The translations under genes were made by a program, and so were the position numbers. Positions 51,552-64,000 of a DNA stretch of 64,000 nucleotides are shown here, piece after piece (position 1 is the stretch's first letter; the number at the start of each line of letters is the position of its first letter). This DNA comes from Octopus vulgaris (lineage: Eukaryota): positions 10,230,001-10,294,000 of the forward strand of contig OX597826.1 of NCBI GenBank assembly GCA_951406725.2. The letters run 5' to 3'. Below the pieces are notes generated by a model. The model saw only the letters and a list, made by a program, of their open reading frames with translations, was not told the origin of the DNA and ran no database searches.

Positions 51552-54334
51552 CTATACATATATAATATTATAAATATATTTACATGTGTCTGATTCAGAA
51601 ACAGACATTGGGTGTCATCATGCAGATGGACTCTGTAATTAAACTACCAAGTCTTTCTCTAATGAGCCAAACCAAAGCACAACTTGACTAGTTTCACTCA
51701 GTTCTTAACTCACAGAGATTATTTATAGTGTCTGTTCTACAAAGGGATTCAGTTGGTTATTATTACTACTTATAAAAACATAAATGCCAGGAGTAACTCA
51801 CATTGTTTTTATTTGTATACATATCAGTATATCAGTACATTTCTTGACAATCTGTACTAATTAACTAAAGTACTATCACAGCATGTGTATGAATAAGTTG
51901 TAAATAAATTTCTTCCCCCATGGGTCCAAACAAAGGAGGCGTTAGGCTCCACTGGTCTCATGTTTATATGTTCAAGTGTATCTCGGCTGTTGTCATGGCG
52001 TACCAAATGAACCACAACAGCAGTCATGGTCTCTTAGATTTTGAAGATAAATGAAGTTTTGATTTTAGTTATAAATCAATTTATTTTATTTTGTAGTATT
52101 TCATTTTAGCTGTTTAGTCAGTAGCTGTTCTAAATATCACTCGATCTTCTTTAAACTCCATTCCTGCTTCCTTGAAACTTCTCTATCGACATTCTTCATT
52201 AAAGAGAAAAAGGAATTATAAATAAATGCTTTTAACAGAAAGTGATAATTGCATCGGAATTACAATTCTCACACATATTATTATTTCAGATATAAAAGTT
52301 AGTCACCATTTCTGTGTTTCAGAATCCAGCACAACTATTGCAGCTTCTCCTGTTCTATTAAAACACCTCCTCCCAATACTCTTAAATCTAATTAGAACTA
52401 AACCTAATTCAGATCAAATTTCAATACCTTATAATCTCTGTCTATGTATGAGTTATTTGTTCCTTAAAATTTTTAGAAGAACTACATTGATGTGAAAATA
52501 AGAGAAAGAAAGGAGAAAAAACTCTTGGGGAATACTATGTTTAGTTTTATTTATTCACAGTTACTGGAGTTCTTGTTTTTAGACTATTGTTAATAGAATA
52601 AATCCAATTTAGTTTTGTAATAAGGAAACTGTTTTATATGGCTTGTTTTTTTCTTTTTTAAATTTAGTTTTTTTAATCATTATTTCAGCTAAAAGCTGTG
52701 ACCTACTTTTCTGACTGATATAAAAGCAGATGGTGATGATGGTGGAGGAGCTGCAACAGGGGAGAGGAAAGGAAAAGATTTGAGTGACAGTTAACAGTAG
52801 TGTTAAAGTACATCGAATGGCACTAATAACATCTGGTGCACACAAAAGTGCATTTGAACTCATTGTCTTCTATTATAATTCCATTCGCATCTACGATGCA
52901 TTATAGGAATATAAATTGACTCCAATTCTCGAATGGTACTTTAGTTTTGATCAATCTTGAAAGGGATGAAAGGCAAAGCTGACTTTGGCAGGATTTGATC
53001 TCAGAAAGTAAAGGGCTGGAACTTAAACACTGCTAGGCGTTTTGTCTGATGCTCTGATTCTGCCAAATCTTTCTGGCGATTGTAATAATACAAGATATCA
53101 GTTCAGTGATTTGGGATCAAGCTAAAATGAAAGAAGAATAAAAATTTTTTAAAATACAAAAAAAAAAAAAACAAACAGAAAAAAATCCAATGAAATGAAT
53201 AAAACCAAATAATTGATGATAAAAAACAAAAAAACAAAACAAAATAAAATACATTACAATAATAATGATTTCTTAATCAAAGAACAAATGAGGGAATATT
53301 ACAAGGGCAACAACAATACTAATAATAACAATAACGACAACGATGATGATAATGGTGATGGTGATGATGATGATGATGATGATAGGGACTAGAATAATAA
53401 AAATAATGATATTGATATAATGGTAGCAATAATGATCTCTTTCATTTGCCACAAGGGCACTGGATGAGGCAGTACTACATCAATTAGAGAGAAAGCAGTG
53501 AGGAATAGTAGTAATAACAATATCAAAAACAATGGCAATATCAATAATGGTAATGATGATAATAACAAAGCGATTAAAATGAAATCGAACTACAAATGCG
53601 AACATTTTTGTGCATATATGTGTGTGGAGTGGGGGGGGGGGTTGGACTAAGTAGAAACACAGAAAAAAAAAGTCAAAAATGATGAAAAATAAATTAAGGA
53701 AAGATAACTAAAAAAAAAATAATCTGGTAATTTTGTACTCTCAGAATTTTTTTTTTCTAAAAACAAAAAACTAAAAAAAAAACTAACAAAAACATGATTG
53801 CATTATAGACATTTAATGATTAATAAGTAATGAGAAACCATTTCTGCAATTCTAATCTTTGACTAAGTACTATATAAGACACTTGTTAAATTTTGCATTA
53901 AATAATTACTTTTGTTGTAAATTATTCGAAATGTTAAATTCAACAGTAAAGAATATCCACAAAGGTCAGTAGTAATGGACACAGTAGAATTTAGGTGAGC
54001 TTTACAAATCAGCCAAATTTGTGAACAGGTTTTGATTTGTTATTTGCTGTGGTTTCGTTTCTTTTTATGTTATAAATACAATCCCTGAGGCTAGAATGAA
54101 TATCACACTATATTTATCTTTTTTTATTATTCTTGTTTCATTCATTTGACTGCTGCTTTGCTGGGGCATCACCAGGAAGGGTTTTAATTGAACAAATTGA
54201 ATCCCCACCATGAGGAGGTTTTTTTTTTTCGAAATCCTAGTACTTATTCTATCAGTCCCTTTTGCTAAGTTGCAGGGATGTAAACACCAATACTGGTTGT
54301 CAAGCAATGGTGGAAGACAAACACAGACACAAAG

Positions 54335-54377
<43 letters not shown>

Positions 54378-54392
54378 ACCACCACCACCACC

Positions 54393-54447
<55 letters not shown>

Positions 54448-54469
54448 CCATCATCATTTAATGTCTGTT

Positions 54470-55412
54470 AAAAATTCAAATGGAAATTGTAGTTAAGACA
54501 CCAGTGCTGGTGACACGTAAAAAGCACTGTTTGAACATGGCAGATGCCAGTGCTACCTGACTGGCGTCTGTGTCATTGACACGTAAAAGCACCAACTGAT
54601 CGTGGCTGTTCGCCAGCCCGCTCTGGCCCCTGTGCCGCTGGCACGTAAAAAACACCCACTATACTCACGGAGTGGTTGTGGTTGGTGTTAGGAAGAGCAT
54701 CCAGCTGTAGAAACACTGCCAAATCAGACTAGAGCCTGGTGCAGACTCCATGGCTTCCAGACCCCGGTCGAACCGTCCAACCCATGCTAGCATGGAAAAC
54801 GGACGTTAAATATTGATGATGTCCATTCTAAGATGGGTTGAATGGTTTGACCAGGTCTGCAAGCTGGGGGCTTGCACCAGAATCCAGTCTGATTTGGCAT
54901 GGTTTCTACAGCTGGGTGCCTTTCCTAATGCCAACCACTCTGAGAGTGTAATGGGTGCCAATTGTGTGACACTAGTATCTGCCCCAACAATGATTTCACT
55001 TAGCTTGATGGGTCTTCTTCTCAAGCAAGGCATATTGCCAAAGGTCTTGGTCATTTGTCATTGTGTCTGTGAGGCCCAACACTCAAAAGGTGCTTTTTGT
55101 GTGCCACTGGCACAGGTGCCAGTTACGTGACACCAGCATCAGCCATGACTATCATTTCACTTGGCTTGACGGGTCTTCTGAAGCATGGCATATTACCAAA
55201 AGTCTCATTGCTTCTACGAAGCCCAAAGTTTGAAGATCATGCTTCACCACTTCGTCCCATGTCTCCCTGGGTCTGCCTCTACCATAAGTTCCCTCCACAG
55301 TTAGAGACCGGCACTTCTTTACACATCTCCCCTCATCCATATGCCTCACAAGACCATACCAGTACAGTTGTCTCTCTCTTGCACACCACATCTGATGCCC
55401 AACTTTTCTCTC
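54470..55412. mobile_element. Tail-to-tail RTE fragments (+ 54470-54810; - 54817-55412 with ORF remnant)
   Basis: ORF 55152-55391(-) reads RQLYWYGLVRHM...RGRPRETWDEVVKHDL. The shared 3' UTR is present in opposite orientations. Confidence 0.8.
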
Positions 55413-55431
55413 ATATATATATATATATATA

Positions 55432-55647
55432 TACTCTCTTTTACTATCTCTTACTTGTTTCAGTCATTTGACTGCAGCCATGCTGGAGCACCACCTTTAG
55501 TCGAGCAAATCAACCCCAGGACTTATTCTTTGTAAGCCTAGTACTTATTCTATCAGTCTCTTTTTGCCGAACCGCTAAGTTACGGGGATGTAAACACACC
55601 AGAATTGGTTGTCAAGCTATGTTGGGGGGACAAATACAGACACACAA

Positions 55648-55684
<37 letters not shown>

Positions 55685-55830
55685 CACATATATACCATGG
55701 GCTTCTTTTCAGTTTTCATCTACCAAATCCACTCACAAGGCTTTGGTCAGCCTGAGGCTATAGTAGAAGACACTTGCCCAAAGTGCCACGCAGTGGGACT
55801 GAACCCTTGAACCATGCGGTTGGTAAGGAA
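55432..55830 (-). mobile_element. SINE family A
   Basis: Collinear with 12271-12643. Confidence 0.9.
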
Positions 55831-58363
55831 GCATGAGAATTTCTCTCTTGGTAACTACTACAGTATAGCTTTTTCTAACAGACCATCCATGTTTAAATCG
55901 TCATCATCATCATCATCATCATCATCATACGTCCGCTTTCCATGCTAGCATGGGTTGGACGATTTGACTGAGGACTGGGAGATAAATATTACTTCTCTAA
56001 TCATAAATTGTTTTGTAGCTTCAAGGTTTTGATGATGATGACGACGATGATGATTTAATGTCTGTCTTCCATGCATGCATGAGTAGGTCGGTTGACAGGA
56101 GACAGCCAGGTAGAAGACTACCCCAGGCTACTGTGTCTGTTTTGGCAAGATTTGTATGGTTGGATGCCCTTCCTAACACTGACCACTCTGCAGAATGGAC
56201 TCAGTGCCTTTTACATGGCACTATCACAGGTGAGGTTATATTTGATATGATTTTTACAGCTGGATGCCCTTCCAGATGCCAACCACTTTACAGTGTGGAC
56301 TGGATGCTTTTCATGTGGCACCAGCATTGGCAGGGTCACCAAGTAACTCACAAGACAAAGAATTTTGAGAGGGGCACTTGAAGAGGGAACTTGTGTCAGA
56401 GGATGAAAAGTTTGAGTGACAGGTGTCTTGCTATAACAGAGGAGGTAATCTGGTGTCAAATGATGAACAGGTGTCTTGCTATAGAGGAGGTACATAGTTA
56501 CCAAGAGAGAGAGAGAGAGAGAGAGTGAGAGAAAGATAGAGGAAGAGAGAGAGGGAGGGAGGGAGAAAGAGGTACAAGAAAGAGGACAGAAACAGGAGTG
56601 CTGATGTGATTGTTTATTTTTAGAGTGTCATTGTAGGGTAGGAGTAAGAGGTCAGATCTGGCCAGTTAGAACATAAAACAGACAAGATATTTTGGCTGGA
56701 TATGGCCAGTTTAAATGCTGAAGGGTTAAAGAATACTGTTTATTTGAAGATGTAAAGGTGGAAGAATGGCAAAAATGATGGATCACCAGGTAAAATAGAA
56801 CTTAACTACGCTGCTTCTTTTATTATTATTATTATTTTGTTATTTATTCTGAGCTCAAATCTGGGACGTATTTTGTCAAAACATTTTTCTGGGTTTAATA
56901 AAACAAATCCCTGACATATATTAGAGTCAATTCAATTATCTATACAAACTATGCCCTTCCCCTACAATGTGTGATCTTGTATTGATGTGAAAAATCAATA
57001 TTTTTGGAAGATCAATGGTAAATGTTGGGTAAGCTGAAACAAACACAGAGTGAGCCTAGTTCATGACCCAGTTTCAGTTTCCAGTTGTAGCGACTTCCAC
57101 CCACTTTATATTACGTACACCTCTTAGAAAGGCAGGGATATTATGTCACATGATCACTTTCCTACCCCAATATAAATAGAATGCATCATGCTTATATAAG
57201 AAATCAATGTTAATGTATATTATTATTAAAAGGTGTGAGATGTGTGTTGTGGAGTACAAATAAGCTAATTGCTGGACTAGTTTGCAATTCATTTTCAATT
57301 CCTGATTGTAGTTATTTCATTGTAATTAATGTCATTACGAAAGGCATGAATGTCACAGAATCTTACTTCTGTTTTTCAATAATAATATAATTAAAAAAAA
57401 AACAAAAAAACTGAAGGTATTCTGTTCATGCAAAAAGTGTTTATTGAAAGAGCTAATTAACGTTTTTCTATTTTTTATGTGATTGAAAAAACATACCAGA
57501 AGTGATTTAATTGGGCTTTGATTGAAGTGTAGTTGAAATGGCTGAGTGACTGGCTTAGTGTCAGTTCATGGGTTGTGAGTTCAAATCTATTGCAGGTGTT
57601 TCATGATCCTTTTTTGTCTTTTTTTGAGTATGATAATTCGTTATATATTATTTATCTGTCAAGAAATAATTATCCTGCTATTCCAGGAAAGTTATCTGCT
57701 ATAAACTTGTGTACTGGCCAGGGGAAGATTAATCTCTCATTTCTTTAGTGCTACAAAGAAAATAAAAAAAAAAAACAGATTTAAGCTTTGGTGCTGCCAA
57801 GAATTCCTGTAATTTGCTAAAGGATTAGTATGTTTTACTTTATTTGACTAGTGTACTGAAATCAGATTGTTAAATTAAAAAACAAATTTTTTTTTCATTT
57901 TGTCGTTTAAATGTTACTTCCGTCCATATCAGTTATAAATTAGATTGGAATTATTAATTTTCTTTAAGATTGTTTCTATAATTATTTTATTCATTCAGTC
58001 GTTTATTTATTTATTTTAATTGTTGAAAGTTTTCCACATTAATTGAAGATATTTTAATTTCTAATTTATTCATTTTATCAACAACAAAAAACAGAAAATA
58101 TCAAAATAAAGAAAAAAATAACGGAAAAATGTATAACTAATATTTAATGCTTGGTTTTATATTTATGCCACAATGTAATATCATAAGTGTTTGTATAATA
58201 AACTAATGAAGTTTAATTAATTGAAGTAAATGAGAAGTAGAATTGGTGCATTGCTTTCTAGGTAGTTATTAGGATGTAAAAAAAAAAAAAAAACTAGCAA
58301 TGGTACATACGACCTTTCTTGATACACAGCTCTTCAATTCCAGTTGATTTCTGATTATCAGCA

Positions 58364-58399
<36 letters not shown>

Positions 58400-59346
58400 T
58401 AATAATAATATCTTGTCTTTAGGTTTTGTTGTGTGTGTTCTTTTAGTACTCCACATCAAATTGTTGTAGTTAATCTTGAGATTTGACTATGATTACACAG
58501 CATATGACTATGTAATTACATGTGCTGCGTATTTGTGTGTGTGCGTGCATGTGTGCATGTGTGCAGGATCATGTGTATGTGTGCATGTTGTGCACTGCTT
58601 GTATATGATATTTAAGTAAAGCCTTTTTTCCCTGTATTTTATTATATTTGTCATCTATTTATTATCTTTTTGTCTTACAGTCAGAAATTTTCCATTAATA
58701 TGACTATTTCCTATAACAAAACTAATTTATACATTTCTTGGAATGATGAGTGCCCTGGCCAAATGCTTAGTTTGTTATGTTTATCTTTTTCCATTCTTAT
58801 CACTAACAGAGCTCCTATCATAGCAGATATCAACCAGTTTTGTATTCATGCCTCACAATATCCAGAAACATACTTTTAATCACCATTGCGAGAGGAGAAG
58901 ATCAAAAGTCCAAAATATCATTTATATAATACTTGTATACTTACCAACCATTCCATACTCAGTAGTGCTTTCCACAACAATCATTGTTCACTACTTTTTA
59001 ATGTCCACATTTCCATGCTTGCATGGATCAGATGGAGTTTATTGAGATAGGGTTTCCATGACTGGATGCCCTTCCTGTTGCCAACCCTTACCTGTTTCCA
59101 AGCAAAGATATATTTCCCCGTAGTGAAACATGTTTTTGTAGAATATTAGAAATGAATCATATTCATTTGCAACAGTCATGCAATGTCAAGACATGTAGAT
59201 ACAAACACTCACTCGCACTTACATGCATGCACATACATGTGTACACATATAGTTGGTATTAGGAAGGGTATACAGCTGTAGAAACCATATCAAGGCAGAT
59301 ATTGGACCTTGGTACAATTCTTTGGCTCACTATCCTCTGTTGAAAC

Positions 59347-59376
<30 letters not shown>

Positions 59377-59378
<2 letters not shown>

Positions 59379-59645
59379 CATCATCATCATCATCGTTTAA
59401 CGTCTGCTTTCCATGCTGGCATGGGTTGGACGATTTGATTGGGGACTGGCAAACCAGATGGCTGCACCAGGCTCCAATCTGATCTGGCAGAGTTTCTACA
59501 GCTGGATGCCCTTCCTAATGCCAACCACTTCGAGAGTGTTGCAGGTGCTTTTACGTGCCACCGGCATGGAAGTCAGTTAATTGCTCTGGCAATGATCATG
59601 CTCGGATGGTGCTTTTAGTGCTCCACTTGCACGGATGTCAGTCAT
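59377..59645 (-). mobile_element. RTE-LINE 3' UTR fragment
   Basis: (CAT)n-CGTTTAACGTC...CTACAGCTGGATGCCCTTCCTAATGCCAACC. Confidence 0.8.
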
Positions 59646-60045
59646 ATATAAATATATATTTATTTATTTATAAATTACTCACCTAACTTAGAACATGTCC
59701 TATGCATATTCTGAAATTTATTACAGACTATACATGTAATAAAGTATATGTGTCTAAATAGCTCAAGAGTGGATTGTGTACTCAGCTGAATTCAATTTTC
59801 TGCAAGCACAACAAGAATTTTATTCTGCCAGTACTTATATACCAAGGTTGATATTTGCAAATTATTATTGTATGGGTAGATTATTCTGACTTAAATAGGC
59901 ACACCAACTTAACCATATTCAACTGAATCTTACATATATTTTATGTATATTTATATATACATATTATAATAAAAACCACATTATCTTTACTCTCTTAGCT
60001 TGATCAAGTGCTGTTCTGCCTGTTGAAGTCTTACCTCCACCCATA

Positions 60046-60428
60046 TGAGTGGCTGTGTGGTAAGTAGCTTGCTTGCCAACCACATGGCTCTGGGTTCAGT
60101 CCCACTGTGTGGCACTTTGGGCAAGTGTCTTCTACTATAGCCTCGGGCCGACCAAAACCTTGTGAGTGGATTTGGTTGACGAAAACTGAAAGAAGCCTGT
60201 CGTATATATGTATATATATATGTATATGTATGTGTATGTATATGTCTGTGTGTCTGTGTCTGTCCCCCTAACATCGCTTGACAACCGATGCTGGTGTGTT
60301 TACATCCCCGTAACTTAGCGGTTCAACAAAAGAGACCGATAGAATAAGTACTAGGCTTACAAAGAATAAGTCCTGGCGTTGATTTGCTTGACTAAAGGCG
60401 GTGCTCCAGGATGGCCACAATCAAATGA
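60046..60428 (+). mobile_element. SINE family A, near full length
   Basis: Head, core and tail are all present. Confidence 0.9.
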
Positions 60429-60549
60429 CTGAAACATGTAAAAGAGTATATACATTTATATATGTATATATATATATATATATGTTCTTTCAGTTTCCAT
60501 TTACCAAATCCACTTACAAGACTTCGGTCAGCCTGAGGTTATAGTAGAG

Positions 60550-60722
60550 CAGTGCTCAACGACCTTTTTTTTTTTACTTGTGGAGCACTTTATATTCTTT
60601 TCAAAGTTCGGCAGCATACCTGAACTAAAGGTATAACTAAAAGTGTAGGGAAAAAAATTATATTCTGGTTACATTGTGGCCCACCTAGCGTCATCTCGTG
60701 GCACACCAGCTGCAGAGCACTG
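60550..60722. mobile_element. hAT-like MITE nested in a family A SINE fragment
   Basis: Termini CAGTGCTC / GAGCACTG. 8-bp TSD-like flanks TAGTAGAG / TAGTGGAA. The host SINE resumes GACACTTG. Confidence 0.65.
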
Positions 60723-61457
60723 TAGTGGAAGACACTTGTCCCATAGTGGGACTGAACTCAAGACCTTATGGTTGGAAATCAAACTTCTTTACCACACATC
60801 CACGCCTGCATCTACCATGCACCATACATATTCATTATTGATAGAATTGTTAGAACATACAAAGAGAAAAAAAAGGATGCTGAATGATATTTGATTATAT
60901 CTTTCATATTGTAAATGCTAATCCTGCTGAGGTTTAACTTTTTCACCCTTCTTTGGTTGATAAAATTAAGTATTCATCATGTGCCCTTGATCAGTATAAC
61001 CAACTGTTTCCCTCCCATCTACTAGGATTTTATAAATTTATTTAAAGGAAATACAAAAAAATATATTCTGTTGTGTCTGGGGAGAGTCATTTTTTTTTTG
61101 TGCTTTATAATGTAACACACTCACCGTTAAAATTTCCACTTATTTCTTATTTTTATTTTCCCATAAGTGTGTTACATTATAAGGCACAAAAAGAAAATGA
61201 CTCTCCCCAGACACAACAGAATATGCTTCAACACACAAACTCATATAAAGAATCTTACAAACCAAATCCAAAAACAAAAAAAAAAGAATATATATTTTCT
61301 TAAATTTCTAACAATAGAAAATATGTATTAGTTTATCATTAATAGTTATGACCAAAGCCTTGTGAGTGGATTTGGCAGACAGAAACTGAATAAAGCCCAT
61401 CACACACACACACACACACATACACAACCACCTCTACCACCACCATCATCATTATCA

Positions 61458-61668
61458 GGTGAACTGGCAGGATTGTTACTATGCCAGGCAAAATGCTTAG
61501 TGGCATTTTGTCCATCTTTATATTCTGAGTTCAAATTCCACCGAGGCCAACTTTACACTTCATCCTTTTGAGGGTCAATAAAATAAGTACCATTTGAGTA
61601 CCAGGGTCAATGTAATTGACTTACTCCCTCCCCTAAACTAGCTGGCCTTGTGCTAAAATTTGAAATCA
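61458..61668 (+). mobile_element. SINE family B (diverged)
   Basis: GAACTGGCAG...TCTGAGTTCAAATTCCACCGAGG...TCATCCTTTTGAGGGTCAATAAAATAAGTACC. Confidence 0.75.
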
Positions 61669-62125
61669 ACTATTATGTCACCAATGACTGGGACTCTTGA
61701 TTCCCTTCTGTCACATTCCTGGCAATAACATCTATTTATTCCTCTCCAAGGATTCATTGCATTGAAGTTACAGCCATGTTCATGAGGTAAAAACTGGGTT
61801 TTTTTTCTTCTTTGATATCAGTACACCATTCATCATATGATTGGTGTTTGGAAGGGCTTCCCTCTGTAGAAACCGAAATTGGGATGCATGGAAAAGATAT
61901 AGTCCTCTGAACCACCTTGGAAACCAGTAACTATGGATAAGAATTATCTTGGACAGTGATAACTCTCCTAACTGATACCAACATGGAAAGCAGATGTAAA
62001 ATGGTGATGATGATAATTATAAAGAAAACATTTTTTATATCAGAATATAAAACGATAAGTGAGAGGTATAAAAAAAAAAAAAACAGTGTCTTAAAAAACA
62101 TCTTTCTTTATTTCTCTCTTTTCAG

Positions 62126-62233
62126 CTCTATCCAACTGGCTTAATGTCACAACATATAAAAGATTGGCAACTTGGAACTGTAGCTGAATTCAAGGGACCA
62201 TTTGGAAGTTTCTCAGAAAATCTCTTAAAAAAG
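62126..62233 (+). CDS. CYB5RL: Internal coding exon of an NADH-cytochrome b5 reductase-like flavoprotein (FAD-binding beta-barrel)
   Basis: Long polypyrimidine tract plus CAG acceptor, AAG|GT donor, 108 bp in phase 0. Peptide LYPTGLMSQHIKDWQLGTVAEFKGPFGSFSENLLKK fits the FNR-family GxMS...GPxG motif. The W and GPFG residues favour CYB5RL (from recall; orthology not tested). Confidence 0.75.
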
Positions 62234-63538
62234 GTTTGCTATATTTCAATGTACAATAATTAAGCAAAGTAGGCAAAATAAGTTAAAATTGTTGTTGTCT
62301 TTGCATACAAACATCTCCCCTGCATCCATTTCCTGTTGAGTGTTCCTAATCTTGTGGGTTTGTGGGAGTTTGTGCCACATAAAAAGCACCTGTATTAGTG
62401 TCATGTAAAAGCATCCATAACAGCGCTGCATAAAAGCACCCAGTACACTCTGTAAAGTGGTTGGCATTAGGAAGGGCATCCAGCTATAGAAACCATACCA
62501 AAACAGACATGGAACCCAAGCAGCTTTTTGGCTGGCCAGCTCCAGCCAAACCACCCAACTCATGCCAGCATAGAAAATGGACGTTAAATGATGATAATGA
62601 TGATGATGATTCTTAGGTAACATAATCCCCCAAGAGATGCTTTTTTTCCCTGCCACCATGGAAAATAGACAAAACACACTAATGATGATGTGTGTGAGTG
62701 TATACATCTATACAAACCTTCACACAGTCTCCATCTGCTAAATTTCACTCACAAGGCATTGATCAACCCAAGACACTTACCAATGATACCACAAAGTGGG
62801 ATTGAACCTGCAATCCATGTGTTGACTTCATTGCCTTACCTCTTCCTAAAGGTACCAATAAAATAAGTATCAGGATCAATGTGAACAAATAGAACCCTTG
62901 AATATGTTGTCACAACTTGGCTGCCATCCAATGACTGAAACCATTTAAAAAACTTCAAAGGTTTTAGAAATTTCTAGAAACTATTTGTTAATCTAGATTA
63001 TAAGAGTTTGGGGGAAGATTACAGAGACCTTTGAAATTGGCAGCTGGGTGATGAATATATTATGAAAAACCCGTATGAAATGAGAAAATATTGTGTGAGA
63101 TAGTAATCTAAAAGGATATCAAATATGTTCCCAAGCAAAACAGATGTTAAACAGCAACGCTCGTTATCTCTGTTACTACAATCTCCCATATGATTACTTA
63201 ACCTGATAGAAATAGCAACCAAATTCACTCAAATCATGTGATACATCCTTTTAAGATAGTATGTGTATACATGTGGCTGTGTGGTTAAGAAGCTTGCTTC
63301 CCAACAATGTGGGCTTGGGTTCGGTCCCACTGCATGGCACCTTGGACAAGTGTCTTTTATTATAGCCCCAGGTCGACCAAAGACTTGTGAGTGGATTTTG
63401 TAGACAGAAACTGAATGAAGCCCATTGTACAAGCTCACACAAACAACACACACAAACCATCATCATCATCATCATCATCATTTAATATCTGTCTTCACTG
63501 CTGGCATGGGTTTGACACACACACACACACATACACAC

Positions 63539-64000
63539 ATCATCATCATCATCATCATCATCATTTAACGTCCGCTTTCCATGCTAGCATGGGTTGGACG
63601 GTTCAACAGGTGTCTGGGGAGCCCGAAGGCTGCACCAGGCCAGTCAGATCTGGCAGTGTTTCTACAGCTGGATGCCCTTCCTAACGCCAACCACTCCGAG
63701 AGTGTAGTGGGTGATTTTATGTGCCACCGACACAGGTGCCAGACGAGGCTGGCGAACGGCCACGCTCGGATGGTGTTTTTATGTGCCACCGACACAGGTG
63801 CCAGACAAGGCTGGCAGACGACCACGCTCGGATGGTGTTTTTATGTGCCACCGACACAGGTGCCAGACGAGGCTGGCGAACGGCCACGCTCGGATGGTGT
63901 TTTTATGTGCCACCGACACAGGTGCCAGACAAGGCTAGCAGACGACCACGCTCGGATGGTGTTTTTTATGTGCCACCGACACAGGTGCCAGACGAGGCTG
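63539..64000 (-). mobile_element. RTE-LINE 3' UTR copy with an internal 62-bp minisatellite expansion (runs off the window)
   Basis: (CAT)n terminus at 63539. Units start at 63721, 63783, 63845, 63907 and 63970. Confidence 0.9.

Noticed and set aside
52815-52865. miR-263/miR-96-like seed AATGGCACT
   Set aside because: The match ends after the seed and there is no convincing precursor hairpin.
63721-64000. CRISPR-like regular repeats (also 30030-30170)
   Set aside because: The units are contiguous with no unique spacers, there are no cas genes, and they lie inside a eukaryotic LINE UTR.

Overview
AT-rich, repeat-saturated eukaryotic DNA. The repeat repertoire looks like an octopus (coleoid cephalopod) genome, which is an inference from the SINE/LINE types. 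Most of the window appears intronic or intergenic. The only host coding sequence I can support is one 108-bp exon (62126-62233, +) of a ferredoxin-reductase-type FAD-binding oxidoreductase, most like CYB5RL; the ORF track misses it. The rest comprises three tRNA-headed SINE families, many RTE-LINE 3' fragments, a decayed CR1-type LINE (33.2-36.6 kb), R4/Dong-type fragments, Penelope-like GIY-YIG remnants, Tc1/mariner, piggyBac- and hAT-type MITEs, a non-autonomous Helitron, a probable solo LTR and very long microsatellites. The most notable hidden structure is a set of type I hammerhead ribozyme motifs: three near-intact (24201-24290 -, 31170-31255 -, 44343-44426 +) and several decayed. They sit in (TA)n-associated Penelope-like fragments, and the three best share a downstream TTGTTGCTT motif. 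There are also many hairpin-forming inverted repeats, including a 1.4-kb palindrome, and a SINE/CR1 3' tail pair with a covarying stem-loop. All alignments were done by eye, and boundaries of decayed repeats are approximate.
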